Assembly (NCBI GenBank): GCA_963752285.1
Contig: CAVVXN010000002.1
Coordinates: 288,001 to 352,000 of the forward strand
Direction of reading: 5' to 3'
Source of the DNA: an uncultured Planctomycetota bacterium
GTDB taxonomy: Bacteria; Planctomycetota; PLA2; JAEUHO01
Length of the DNA stretch: 64,000 nt
Below, piece after piece: positions 1 through 11,409 of the stretch. How positions within the stretch are numbered: position 1 is the stretch's first letter; every line of letters begins with the position of its first letter. The notes below the pieces were generated by a model. It was not told the origin of the DNA, searched no databases, and saw nothing but the letters and a program-made list of their open reading frames with translations. Position numbers and translations under genes: made by a program.

Positions 1-1627
<1,627 letters not shown>

Positions 1628-3157
1628 TCAGGCCGCCGCGGTGCCCAGGAAGCTCTTCGTGAAGCCGTCGAGGACGCGACGCAGGTCGCTCTCGACCTCC
1701 TCCGTCAGCGCCTTCGATGCGTCGAGGCGGTCCCAGAGATCCTGGTGGCTGGTGTGCACGTGATCGAGCAGGGCGGCCTCGTATTCGCGGACGCGGCCGA
1801 GCGGCACGGCGTCGAGGAAGCCGCCCGCCGCCGCGTAGATCACCACGACCTGGTCGATGACGTGCATCGGCTTGAACTGCCCCTGCTTCAGGATCTCGAC
1901 CATCCGGCGGCCCCGGTCGATTTGTGCCTGCGTGGCCTTGTCGAGCTCGGTTCCGAGCTGCGCGAAGGCCTCGAGCTCGCGAAACGCGGCGAGCGAGAGG
2001 CGCAGGCCGCCGGCCACCTTGCGGTGCTTCATGGCCTTCACCTGCGCGGCGCCGCCCACGCGGCTGACCGAGATGCCGACGTCCACGGCGGGCCGCACGC
2101 CCGCGCGGAAGAGGTCGGGCAGGAGGTAGATCTGACCGTCCGTGATCGAGATCACGTTCGTCGGGATGTACGCCGAGACCTCGCCTTCCTGCGTCTCGAT
2201 GATCGGGAGCGCGGTGAGCGAACCGCCCCCGAGGTCGTCGGAGAGCTTCACGGCTCGCTCGAGGAGGCGGCTGTGCAGGTAGAAGACGTCGCCCGGATAC
2301 GCCTCGCGTCCCGGCGGCCGCCGGAGCAGGAGGGAGATCTGTCGGTACGCGACGGCTTGCTTCGTGAGGTCGTCGTAGACGCAGAGCGTGTGCCGCTTGT
2401 GCTGGTACATGAGGTGCTCGGCCATCGTGCACCCCGCGTACGGCGCGATGTACTGGAGCGAGGCCGGGTACGCGGCCGATGCGTTGACCACGACCGTGTA
2501 GTCCATCGCGCCCGCGCGGCGCAGATCCTCGACGACCTGCACGACGGTGGACTCCTTCTGGCCGATCGCGACGTAGAAGCAGATCACGTCGTGGCCGCGC
2601 TGGTTGATGATCGTGTCGATCGCGATCGCCGTCTTCCCGGTCTTCCGGTCGCCGATGATCAGCTCGCGCTGGCCCCGACCGATGGGGGTCATCGAGTCGA
2701 TCGCCTTGATGCCGGTCTGGAGCGGCTCCTTCACGGGCTGGCGGTCCGCGATGCCGGGCGCGATGAGCTCCACGGGCCTCGTCGTCTCGCCGCGGATCTC
2801 GCCCTTGCCGTCGAGGGGGCGGCCCAGCGGGTCGACGACGCGACCGACGAGCTCGAGACCCACGGGAACCTCGAGGAGGTTGCCGGTGCGGTGCACCGAC
2901 ATGCCTTCCTGCAGGGTCTTGTAGTCTCCGAGCACGACCGCTCCGATCGAGCCCTCCTCCAGGTTGAACACCTGGGCGCGCACGCCGTTCTCGAACTCGA
3001 TCATCTCGCCCGCGGCCGCGCGGTCGAGCCCGTAGATGCGTGCGATGCCGTCGCCGACCTCGAGGAGGGTGCCGACCTCGGCCACGTCGGCCTGGGTCCG
3101 GAACTCCTCCAGCTCCTTCTTGAGGACGGAGGTGATCTCCTCAGGATTGAACCGCAT
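1628..3157 (-). CDS. atpA: ATP synthase subunit alpha
   Basis: GDRKTGKT Walker [31 protein letters not shown]. Confidence 0.98.
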   Translation of the reverse strand: MRFNPEEITSVLKKELEEFRTQADVAEVGTLLEVGDGIARIYGLDRAAAGEMIEFENGVRAQVFNLEEGSIGAVVLGDYKTLQEGMSVHRTGNLLEVPVGLELVGRVVDPLGRPLDGKGEIRGETTRPVELIAPGIADRQPVKEPLQTGIKAIDSMTPIGRGQRELIIGDRKTGKTAIAIDTIINQRGHDVICFYVAIGQKESTVVQVVEDLRRAGAMDYTVVVNASAAYPASLQYIAPYAGCTMAEHLMYQHKRHTLCVYDDLTKQAVAYRQISLLLRRPPGREAYPGDVFYLHSRLLERAVKLSDDLGGGSLTALPIIETQEGEVSAYIPTNVISITDGQIYLLPDLFRAGVRPAVDVGISVSRVGGAAQVKAMKHRKVAGGLRLSLAAFRELEAFAQLGTELDKATQAQIDRGRRMVEILKQGQFKPMHVIDQVVVIYAAAGGFLDAVPLGRVREYEAALLDHVHTSHQDLWDRLDASKALTEEVESDLRRVLDGFTKSFLGTAAA

Positions 3158-3716
3158 GCTGCCTTCTCCCTCGCACGCGCCGGCCGATCTCGGCCAGCAT
3201 CCGGCGTCCGCTCAGGTCGAGCACGAGGTCGCCGACGCGGAGCGTCGCGCCCGCCACGAGCTCGGGCTTCACGTGATGTTCGAGAACGGGCTCCTGGCGC
3301 AGCGCCGCGCGGAGCCGATCGGTCCACAGTCGGAGGTGCTCCTCCGACGCGGGGGTCGCCGTGTTGAGCGTCACGGGCACGCGATCGAGGCGGACGTCCG
3401 TCCAGACCTCGTACGCCACCGCCACGCGGTCGAGCAGGCGCGCGCGGCCGTGGTCCAGGAGGAGTCGGACGAAGTCCCCGAGGAGAGGGGGGAGCCCCGC
3501 GAGGAGCCGATCGAGCGACTGCGCCTTCTCCTCCTGCTTCACCATCGCGGAGAGGAAGTACGCGCGGAGCGTCCTCTGGTCGGCCCAGGCCCCGCCGAGC
3601 GCGGCGAGGGCCTCGCCGACCTCGCGCACGAGCGCCTCGCCGCCGCGCTCGTCGGCGACCTGCCCGAGCGCGGCGGCGTACACCGCCGCGAGCGGTTCGA
3701 CCCGTCGTCGGCTCAC
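3141..3716 (-). CDS. atpH: ATP synthase subunit delta
   Basis: GTG at 3716 overlaps the atpF stop (GTGA); LAAVYAAAL... and C-terminal [20 protein letters not shown]; lies between atpF and atpA. Confidence 0.92.
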   Translation of the reverse strand: MSRRRVEPLAAVYAAALGQVADERGGEALVREVGEALAALGGAWADQRTLRAYFLSAMVKQEEKAQSLDRLLAGLPPLLGDFVRLLLDHGRARLLDRVAVAYEVWTDVRLDRVPVTLNTATPASEEHLRLWTDRLRAALRQEPVLEHHVKPELVAGATLRVGDLVLDLSGRRMLAEIGRRVRGRRQHAVQS

Positions 3717-4342
3717 GTGGCGCTCCGATGGCGGTCGCGTTCGAACGCGCCGACGACCTCGTCCACGAGGTCCGCGTTGTCCTCCGGCGTCAGCTGTCGC
3801 CGGACGATCTTGGACGCCGCCTCGGTGGCGAGCGCCGTCACGTCGGAGAGGATCCGGTCGTAGGCGTCGTCCGCCGCTTGCCGGACGTCCCGCACGGCCC
3901 GGGCGGTCGTCTCCTCCGCCTGCCGGCGGGCTTCGGCCTCGATGCGCTGCGCGACGACCTCGGCGGCCCGCTTCCCCTCCTCGGCGATCTGCCGGGCCTT
4001 CTCGGTCGCCTCGTCCAGACGGCTCCGGTACTCGGCCGCGAGGGCCCGGGCTTCGGCGTTGGCGCGCTCGGCGTCGTCCACGGCCTTCTTGATCACGTCC
4101 TCGCGCCGCTGGAGGCCCGTCAGGATGGGCTTCCACGCGAGCTTCGTGAGCACGACCAGCAGCACGAGGAACGTGACGATCGCCGCGACCATCGACGGCA
4201 GGTCGAGGTTCGCGGAGATCAGGTCGGGCTCCGACGAGGCCGCCGGTGCGCCGGCGTCGCCGGCCGCGGGGGGCTCGGCGAAGGCGGGCGCGACGACGAA
4301 GACGGCCAGCAGGAGCCACAGCACGAGCGGCCGGGTCCACAT
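3713..4342 (-). CDS. atpF: ATP synthase subunit b with N-terminal signal-like extension
   Basis: TM segment then KLAWKPILTGLQRREDVI and a long coiled coil; operon position. Confidence 0.95.
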   Translation of the reverse strand: MWTRPLVLWLLLAVFVVAPAFAEPPAAGDAGAPAASSEPDLISANLDLPSMVAAIVTFLVLLVVLTKLAWKPILTGLQRREDVIKKAVDDAERANAEARALAAEYRSRLDEATEKARQIAEEGKRAAEVVAQRIEAEARRQAEETTARAVRDVRQAADDAYDRILSDVTALATEAASKIVRRQLTPEDNADLVDEVVGAFERDRHRSAT

Positions 4343-4425
4343 GGGGAAGGTCTCCTCGATCGGACGGGGGGCACGACGACCCGGCCCCGCCCCCGGACGG
4401 GGAGCGGGCCGAGCGCCGATCCGGC

Positions 4426-4695
4426 CTACTTCAGGATGATCATCAGGACCAGCGCGAAGAAGGTGAACCCCTCGATCAGCGCCGCCGTGATGATCATCGA
4501 CGTGAAGATGCCGGGCCGCGCCTCGGGCTGGCGCGCGATCGCCTCGACCGCGTTGGCGCCGATCATGCCGATGCCCTTCGCGGCGCCGATCACGACCAGG
4601 CCCGCGCCGATGGCCAGGCCGAGCGTGCCGAGCTCATTACCACCAACCACCTCGCCGGCGGCGAGGATGCCACTCATGATCGGGATCCAACCCAT
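4426..4695 (-). CDS. atpE: ATP synthase subunit c
   Basis: ATG at 4695 with AGGAG RBS; IARQPEA loop and carboxylate in ALIEG; 89 aa. Confidence 0.96.
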   Translation of the reverse strand: MGWIPIMSGILAAGEVVGGNELGTLGLAIGAGLVVIGAAKGIGMIGANAVEAIARQPEARPGIFTSMIITAALIEGFTFFALVLMIILK

Positions 4696-4769
4696 GTCCG
4701 GGACTCCTACGGGGTGCGCTCGGGAGCGCGGTCGAAACGGGAACGGGGCCGACCGGGCGGCGGACCTTC

Positions 4770-5600
4770 CTAGTGGTCCACGTGGATCGCCAGGCCGACG
4801 AAGACGATGGTCAGGAACGTGAAGATGTAGGCCTGGAGGAACGCGACGAGCACCTCCAGGAGGTCGATGAACACGGCGCCGAGGATCGAGGCCGCCGTGA
4901 TGCCCAGGTGCGCGCCGCCCGCGGTCAGGCCCACGGCGGCGAACCCGAGGAGCACGGTGATCACGACGTGGCCCGCGATCATGTTCGCGAACAGGCGGAT
5001 GGCCAGCGCGAACGCCTTGATGAACGAGCCCAGGATCTCGATCGGGATCAGGAAGATGGACAGGAGGAAGGGGGCGTGGCCGAAGAAGAAGTTGTGCCAG
5101 TAGCGCCCTACGCCCTGCTCCCGCATGCCCGAGAGGTGGATCAGCACGAACGAGCAGGCCGCGAGGCCGCCCGTGATCGAGAAGTTGCCCGTCGCCGTAC
5201 CCCCGAGGTGGGCGAGGTGCGCGTCGATCCCCTGGGCCGCGGCGCCGATCGGGATCATCCCGAGCAGGTTCGCGGTGAGGATCAGGAGGAAGACCGTCCA
5301 GATGTACGCGATGTAGCCGTCGGTCGCGTGGCCGAGCACCGGCCGAGCCATGTCCTCGCGCACGTACTGCAACACGGCCTCGACGAGGTTTCGGAAGCCC
5401 CGCGGGACGATCCCCTCCGCGCGCGCCGCGATGGGCATCAGGATCGCCAGGAGCACGGCGCTCGCGACGAGCATCACGACGTGGTTCGTGAACGTGTAGC
5501 CGCCGATCCGTCCGAGCTCGTGCGGCATGATGTGCTCGAGCGGGTTCCCGGCCGCGCCCAGGAGGAGCGGCGGGAAGGTGGGCGGGACGGGGAAGCTCAT
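4770..5600 (-). CDS. atpB: ATP synthase subunit a
   Basis: ATG at 5600; NLLGMIP, ALAIRLFANMIAGH (essential Arg), FLQAYIFTFL. Confidence 0.96.
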   Translation of the reverse strand: MSFPVPPTFPPLLLGAAGNPLEHIMPHELGRIGGYTFTNHVVMLVASAVLLAILMPIAARAEGIVPRGFRNLVEAVLQYVREDMARPVLGHATDGYIAYIWTVFLLILTANLLGMIPIGAAAQGIDAHLAHLGGTATGNFSITGGLAACSFVLIHLSGMREQGVGRYWHNFFFGHAPFLLSIFLIPIEILGSFIKAFALAIRLFANMIAGHVVITVLLGFAAVGLTAGGAHLGITAASILGAVFIDLLEVLVAFLQAYIFTFLTIVFVGLAIHVDH

Positions 5601-6025
5601 CTCGTCGGGGCTCCGTCGGGGTGCTCTCGGCGGGACGGGGGAGGGTCGGTGGCACGGCGGCCGAGGGCCGCGAGCTCCCTGACCTCCAGAGCGAGCACGG
5701 AAAGGTAGATGAGAACCAGCCCGATGGCCACGGGCTCCCGAGGGATCGGTACGGCGAAGAGGAGGACCGAGGCCAGGACGAGGGTGGAGAGGAGGCGGAT
5801 CCCCATCCCCGCGATGGCCCCGTTCACGAGCGCGCCGGGCTCGGGGCCGACCCAGCAAAACGGGAGGCGCCCGAGGACCGAGCCCACCGTGGCCGCCGTG
5901 CCCCCCAGCGCGAGGCCGAGGGCGGCCCGCGGCCCCCCGATCTCCCACGCGACCGCGGAGCCGAGGAGGACCTCGCCCGCCGCCAGGGGGACGTGGGGCC
6001 CGAGGATGCGGGGGGCGTTCGCCAT
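5597..6025 (-). CDS. atpI: AtpI-like membrane protein
   Basis: About four hydrophobic helices; stop overlaps the atpB start (ATGA); operon position. Confidence 0.65.
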   Translation of the reverse strand: MANAPRILGPHVPLAAGEVLLGSAVAWEIGGPRAALGLALGGTAATVGSVLGRLPFCWVGPEPGALVNGAIAGMGIRLLSTLVLASVLLFAVPIPREPVAIGLVLIYLSVLALEVRELAALGRRATDPPPSRREHPDGAPTR

Positions 6026-6053
6026 GGCCGCGCGCGGCCCCGGCCGCGCCTCC

Positions 6054-6335
6054 CTACTCTCGTCTTCCCAGGTCTCGGAGGAGGGCGCGGACCATCAGGT
6101 ACACCCCCACGAGGACACCCAGCATCGCGCCGGCGACGGACAGCCAGGGGTCCGTTCCCAGGTTCGCATCGAGCCAACGCCCACCAAGGAAGAACAACAC
6201 CACGGACACTGCGAACTCGAAACCGATCGCGGACCACGCACCGATCCGCGCGAACGCGGAGGCGGACCGTTCGAAGGGCAGATCGGGGCGCTGGTACGGC
6301 GGGGGCGGGGGCGGGGGGGGATCTTGGCCTTCCAC
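6054..6335 (-). CDS. AtpZ/AtpI-family (ATPase gene 1) small membrane protein
   Basis: GFEFAVSVVLFFLGGRWLDANLGTDPWLSVAGAMLG motif; GTG at 6335 with TAGACT 8 nt upstream. Confidence 0.85.
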   Translation of the reverse strand: MEGQDPPPPPPPPYQRPDLPFERSASAFARIGAWSAIGFEFAVSVVLFFLGGRWLDANLGTDPWLSVAGAMLGVLVGVYLMVRALLRDLGRRE

Positions 6336-6511
6336 GGGGTACGAGTCTAGCCGGCGTGACCCGTGACGCGTGCGACGTGTTCGACGCAAGGCCCGACGGA
6401 TACGCGAGTTGCGCCCGATCTCCTCCCCGAGGGCTCCTGGGACCCGTGGGCCTCCCCCGCGGAGATCCGCCGCCACCGGGCCGCGATCGCCATCGGTAGG
6501 ATGGTCCGACC

Positions 6512-7483
6512 GTGCGCCGGCTATTCGACTTCGTCGTCTTCCAGGGCGTACTCCTCGTGGAGTTCCTCGCCCGCAGCCTCTCGCCGCAAGCCGCGGCCGG
6601 GATGGCGGAGGCGTGCGGACGCGTCTGGTACTGGGTGGACGGCCGGCGCCGCGCGCGCGCCCGCGAGAGCCTGCGCATCGCGCGGGCGGGCGGTCTGGCG
6701 GTCTCGGACCCCGAGGCGCTCGTCAAGGCGAGCCTCGGCTCTCTCATGTGGGTCCCGCTCGAGGTGATGACGTTCCCGCGGTACCTGCGGACCGCGCGGG
6801 ACGCGATCGACCGCTGCCGCTTCTACGGGGACTGGGCCGGCTTTGCCCGCGACCTCGCGGCGGGGCGCGGCGGGGTCGTCCTCGCGGGACACCTCGGGAG
6901 CTGGGAGCTCGCCGGGTGGGTGCTGCGGTTCCTCCACGTGAACGTGCGCGTCGTGGCGAGGCCCATCGAGAACCCCTGGATCGACCGCCGCGCGGTCGGA
7001 GCGCGGGGCGGTCGGTCCCGCGTCATCACGAAGCGCGGCGCCGTGCGGGAGATGGTCCGCACGCTCCGGGAGGGCGGCTGGCTCGGGATCGTCGCCGACC
7101 AGAACGCCGGGACCGGCGGGCGCTTCGTGGAGTTCTTCGGGCTCGAGGCCAGCACGTACGCCGCCCCCGCGGTGGTGGCCCTGCGCGCCGGGGTGCCGGT
7201 CTGGGCGGCGGCCTGCCTGCGGCGGAAGCACCCCCCCTTCACGTACGAGCTCCGGTTGCGCCGGCTCCCCGACCGGCGCCCGGACGCCACCGAGCCCGAG
7301 GCCACCCAGGCCGTCCTGCGCGCGTACCACGAGGCCCTCGAGGGCTGGATCCGGCTCGCGCCGGAGCAGTACAACTGGGTGCACCGGCGCTGGAAGACCC
7401 GTCCGGAGGGGGAGCGGGCGGGGCCCCGGGTCCCGCGCTACGACCGCCGGAGTCTCACCGCCCGGGCCGGCTCCCCGGTCTGA
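6512..7483 (+). CDS. Lipid A late acyltransferase (LpxL/HtrB family)
   Basis: GHLGSWE, ADQNAG, FVEFFG and PEQYNWVHRRWK motifs. Confidence 0.9.
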   Translation: MRRLFDFVVFQGVLLVEFLARSLSPQAAAGMAEACGRVWYWVDGRRRARARESLRIARAGGLAVSDPEALVKASLGSLMWVPLEVMTFPRYLRTARDAIDRCRFYGDWAGFARDLAAGRGGVVLAGHLGSWELAGWVLRFLHVNVRVVARPIENPWIDRRAVGARGGRSRVITKRGAVREMVRTLREGGWLGIVADQNAGTGGRFVEFFGLEASTYAAPAVVALRAGVPVWAAACLRRKHPPFTYELRLRRLPDRRPDATEPEATQAVLRAYHEALEGWIRLAPEQYNWVHRRWKTRPEGERAGPRVPRYDRRSLTARAGSPV

Positions 7484-7582
7484 GCCGCCGCCGGGCGCTT
7501 CAGTACGGCACCTCCCGGCGCCGATGGGGGGACGCCCGCTCCCCGGTCGGATCCGCGCCGGCCCGGAACCTGCGGAGGTCTC

Positions 7583-8851
7583 GTGCGACGCCTCCTCCTC
7601 GGCGCAACCCTCGGGGTCGCCCTCCTGTGGCTCGCCCCCGCCGCCCTCGCGGGCGAGTGGGTGGACGGCGACGGCTATCGGTTCCGCCTCCCCACGGGTT
7701 TCGCCCCCGTGGACCAGGCCCAGGTGGACCGCGGCATGCTCAAGGCCTCCATGTCGTTCGACGGCATGCGGGGCGTGAAGGGCCTCGAGCTCGAGGCGCG
7801 GGCATTCGGCCGCGACATCGGCTCGAAGACCGAGGCCGCGATCTTCCTCCTCCGCATGACCGTGGACGGCGACGTGCCGGATCCGGTCCGCGCGGCGCTC
7901 GAGCCGCACGCCCTCGAGCAGGCGTTCACGCGCTCGTTCGAGCAGCAGGCGGAGCAAGCGGGGCTCGGCGGCGTCGCCGTCGAGCACGTGCGGACGATCG
8001 CGCTCGGCGCCGGTCGTGAGGCCGTGGAGATGGTGCTCTCCTCGACCGACCCGCTCCAGGGCGACCAGGTCGTGCGCATGGCGATCGCCGACCACGGCGC
8101 CGACGTCTACTTCCTCGTACTGGCCGGCCACGCCTCCTCGCGGGAGGACGACGACGGCGCGTGGACGACCTTCACGACGAGCGTGCGTCTCTCCGACCGC
8201 GGCGGCTTCCTCGCGGTCGTCGTCCGGTACTGGCCGTTCCTCGCCGGGGGGCTCCTGCTCGGGCTCGGGCTGCTCCTCCTCCGCCGCGCCGGGTCCGAGG
8301 ACCGGCTGGCGCCGCGGTACGCGTCGCGAGAGGTGGGCGGCGGGTTCTCCCGCGCCGCCGACGGCCTGCCCACGTACGACGAGGCCGCCCCGCCGCCCCC
8401 GGGCGTGCAGGAGTTCGGGGGCCGCCGCGTCGTCACGAGTCGCACCGTGATCGCGCCGGAGTCGCTCGACGACGTCCCGACGCCGCCGCGCGCGCCGGCG
8501 CCGGCGCCGGGCTCGCCCTGGGCGCCCGTCGTGCAGCCGATCCTCGCGGAGAGGCCGGAGGACCCGGCCGCGCCCGAGCCGGTCGCGGTCCCGGAGCCCC
8601 CTGCCTCCGACGAGCCCCTGCACCCGTGGGGCGGGATGGTGGACCACGAGCACCTGACCACGCGGACCGTCCACACCGTGAAGCCGCATCCGGCCGGCGA
8701 GTTCCCCGAGGAGGAACTCGGGGACGCGCTGGACCGCACGCTGCCGACCGATGTCGCGCGCCGCGCGCCGCGGGAGGCCGAGGCGGAGACCCAGGAGTCC
8801 GGCCGCCCGGGCCTGAAGATCCAGCGGAACGCGGACTACGCGTCGTCCTGA
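7583..8851 (+). CDS. Hypothetical single-pass membrane protein (signal peptide, exported domain, TM, Pro-rich tail)
   Basis: GGAGG RBS; signal peptide ending ALA|G; TM YWPFLAGGLLLGLGLLLL; low-complexity C-terminus. Confidence 0.7.
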   Translation: MRRLLLGATLGVALLWLAPAALAGEWVDGDGYRFRLPTGFAPVDQAQVDRGMLKASMSFDGMRGVKGLELEARAFGRDIGSKTEAAIFLLRMTVDGDVPDPVRAALEPHALEQAFTRSFEQQAEQAGLGGVAVEHVRTIALGAGREAVEMVLSSTDPLQGDQVVRMAIADHGADVYFLVLAGHASSREDDDGAWTTFTTSVRLSDRGGFLAVVVRYWPFLAGGLLLGLGLLLLRRAGSEDRLAPRYASREVGGGFSRAADGLPTYDEAAPPPPGVQEFGGRRVVTSRTVIAPESLDDVPTPPRAPAPAPGSPWAPVVQPILAERPEDPAAPEPVAVPEPPASDEPLHPWGGMVDHEHLTTRTVHTVKPHPAGEFPEEELGDALDRTLPTDVARRAPREAEAETQESGRPGLKIQRNADYASS

Positions 8852-8917
8852 CCCGAGCCGGGCGTGGACGGCGTGGGATCGGCGTCGCGGCGCGCGTGAA
8901 GTAGCATCGCGCTCCTC

Positions 8918-9904
8918 GTGCCGCCCCCGCCCCCCGATCGACCTCCGCCCGATCCCGCGCCGCCGTTCGACCGGAGTCGGTTCGTGCCGCGCCCCCTCGC
9001 GGGGCGGCCGCACCGCGCGCGGGTGGAGGGGTTCGCCCGCCCCGTGGGGACCGGGGCGACGGCCGCGGAGCTGCTGGCCTCGCTGCCCGACCAGCTCGGC
9101 GCGCGGTCCCTCCGCCTGCTCGCGGCGCGGATCGCGGGCGCGCGGCGGGCCGGTCGGCCGGTGGTCTGGGGCCTCGGCGGACACGTGGTGAAGGTCGGCG
9201 TCGGGCCGCTCCTCCTCGACCTCCTCGACCGGGGTTTCGTGCAGGGGCTCGCGATGAACGGCGCCGCCGCGATCCACGACGCGGAGGTCGCGATCCACGG
9301 CAGCACGAGCGAGGACGTCGGGGCGGGCCTGCTCGAGGGCCGGTACGGGAACGCCGACGAGACGGGCGTGCTCTTCGGCGCGGCGGCACGGCGCGCGGTC
9401 GAGACGGGCGAGGGCCTCGGCACCGCGCTCGCGCGTACGCTCGACGAGCAAAGGCCGCCCCACGGCGACCTCTCGCTCCTCGTCGGCGCCGCCCGGGCCG
9501 GCGTGCCCGTCACCGTCCACGTGGCCATCGGCACCGACACCGTGCACATGCACCCCGCGTGCGACGGTGCGGACCTCGGCGCGGCGACGCACCGCGACTT
9601 CCTCCGCCTCGCGACGCTCGTGGAGGGGCTGGACGAGGGCGTGTACGTGAACGTGGGGAGCGCGGTGGTGCTCCCGGAGGTGTTCCTGAAGGCGGTCGCG
9701 CTCGTCCACAACGCGCGCGCGGCGACGGGCGCGCCCCCCCTCCGGATCGTGACGGGCAACCTCGACATGCTCCGGCACTACCGGCCTCGTGTGAACGTGC
9801 TCGAACGGCCGGCGGCCGAGGGCTACGACGTCGCGGGTCACCACGAGATCGTGGTGCCCCTGCTGCGCGTCGCGATCCTGTCCGCCGCGGAGGCGTCGGC
9901 ATGA
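8918..9904 (+). CDS. Uncharacterised deoxyhypusine-synthase-like fold protein
   Basis: GLGGHVVKVG, AMNGAAAIHD, TSEDV, HVAIGTD, NVGSAVVLPEVFLKA, GHHEI motifs; stop overlaps the hldE start. Confidence 0.75.
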   Translation: MPPPPPDRPPPDPAPPFDRSRFVPRPLAGRPHRARVEGFARPVGTGATAAELLASLPDQLGARSLRLLAARIAGARRAGRPVVWGLGGHVVKVGVGPLLLDLLDRGFVQGLAMNGAAAIHDAEVAIHGSTSEDVGAGLLEGRYGNADETGVLFGAAARRAVETGEGLGTALARTLDEQRPPHGDLSLLVGAARAGVPVTVHVAIGTDTVHMHPACDGADLGAATHRDFLRLATLVEGLDEGVYVNVGSAVVLPEVFLKAVALVHNARAATGAPPLRIVTGNLDMLRHYRPRVNVLERPAAEGYDVAGHHEIVVPLLRVAILSAAEASA

Positions 9905-11376
9905 AGGGGCTCGTCCAGGTGCTCCAGAGCCTCGGCGCTCCGCGGCTCGTCGTGTTCGGGGACCTCCTCCTCGACCGCTACCTCACGGGCGTGGTGGACC
10001 GCATCAGCCCGGAGGCCCCGGTGCAGGTGCTCCGCGTCGAGAGCGAGGAGGAACGCCTCGGCGGGGCCGGTTCGGTCGCCGTGAACGTCGCGGTGCTCGG
10101 CGCGGCGACCACGCTCGTCGGCGTGCTCGGCCAAGACGAGGGCGCGAACGCGGTCGCGCGGCTGGCCACGGCCTCGGGCGTCGTGCTCGCCTCCGCAACG
10201 GACCCCACGCGCCGCACGAGCGTCAAGACGCGACACGTCGCGCGTTCCCACACGAGCGCGCAGCAGGTGCTGCGCGTGGACCAGGAGACGCCCGAGCCGC
10301 TCGCCCGGGACGTCGAGGACGCGCTCCTCGCGCGTCTCGAGGCGGCGCTCGGCGACGCGGACGCGGTGCTCGTGAGCGACTACGGCAAGGGCGTGTGCAC
10401 GCCCCGCCTGCTCCGGCGCGTGATCGACACCGCGCGGGGGCGCGGGCTCCCGGTCGTCGTGGACCCGAAGGGCGACGACTTCACCCGCTATCGCGGCGCG
10501 ACCTGTCTCACGCCGAACCGGCCCGAGACCGCGCGCGCGTGCGGCATCGCGATCGGCGACGGCGACGACGAGTCCGCGGAACGCGCCGCGACGTGGCTCG
10601 TCGAGCGGCTCGGCCTCGACTTCGCGCTCGTGACCCTCGATCGAGAGGGCGTGTACCTCAAGGTCGGCGCGGCGCCGGGTCTCCGGCTCCGCACGACCCC
10701 GCGCGAGGTCTTCGACGTCACCGGCGCGGGCGACATGGTGCTCTCGACGCTCGCCGTCGCCCTGGCGTCGGGCGCCCGGCCCGAGGAGGCCGCGGCGCTC
10801 GCGAACGTCGCCGCGGGCCTCGAGGTCGAGCACATCGGCGTGGTCCCCGTGACGCGCGACGAGATCGCGGCGCGCCTCGCGATCGGCGTCGAGGCGGTCG
10901 CCTCGAAGCTCGTGACGAAGGAGGAGATCCGCCCGATGGTCGCGCGGTGGCGCGCGTCGGGACGTCGCATCGTCTTCACGAACGGCTGCTTCGACGTGCT
11001 CCACGCGGGCCACGTGCGTTTCCTCCAGGCCGCGCGCGCCGAGGGGGACGTGCTCGTCCTGGGCCTCAACTCCGACGCGAGCATCACGCGCATCAAGGGC
11101 GCCGGCCGGCCGGTGAACCCCGTGGACGACCGCGTGGCGGTCCTGGCCGCGCTCTCGGCGGTGGACCGCGTGGTGGTCTTCGAGGAGGACGAGCCGCTCG
11201 ACCTGATCCACGCCGTCGAACCCGACGTCCTCGTGAAGGGCGAGGACTGGAAGGACAAGGGCGTGGTCGGACGCGAGCTCGTCGAGGCGCGCGGTGGGCG
11301 CGTGGTGCTGCTCCCTCTCCTCCCGGGCCGCAGCACGACGGCGGTGCTCGATCGCGCGCGCCGCGCGGCGCGCTGA
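9901..11376 (+). CDS. hldE: Bifunctional heptose-7-phosphate kinase / heptose-1-phosphate adenylyltransferase
   Basis: ATG at 9901; RISPEAPV, SDYGKG, DVTGAGD (PfkB), FTNGCFDVLHAGH, KGEDW. Confidence 0.95.
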   Translation: MKGLVQVLQSLGAPRLVVFGDLLLDRYLTGVVDRISPEAPVQVLRVESEEERLGGAGSVAVNVAVLGAATTLVGVLGQDEGANAVARLATASGVVLASATDPTRRTSVKTRHVARSHTSAQQVLRVDQETPEPLARDVEDALLARLEAALGDADAVLVSDYGKGVCTPRLLRRVIDTARGRGLPVVVDPKGDDFTRYRGATCLTPNRPETARACGIAIGDGDDESAERAATWLVERLGLDFALVTLDREGVYLKVGAAPGLRLRTTPREVFDVTGAGDMVLSTLAVALASGARPEEAAALANVAAGLEVEHIGVVPVTRDEIAARLAIGVEAVASKLVTKEEIRPMVARWRASGRRIVFTNGCFDVLHAGHVRFLQAARAEGDVLVLGLNSDASITRIKGAGRPVNPVDDRVAVLAALSAVDRVVVFEEDEPLDLIHAVEPDVLVKGEDWKDKGVVGRELVEARGGRVVLLPLLPGRSTTAVLDRARRAAR

Positions 11377-11409
11377 GCGGCGCCCGGCGTCCGGTCCCCC
11401 ACGGGCGCT

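Noticed and set aside
4426..4695. Na+-translocating ATP synthase
   Set aside because: Subunit c has Ile at the Gln position and EGF instead of the ES(T) Na+-binding signature, so it is most likely H+-coupled
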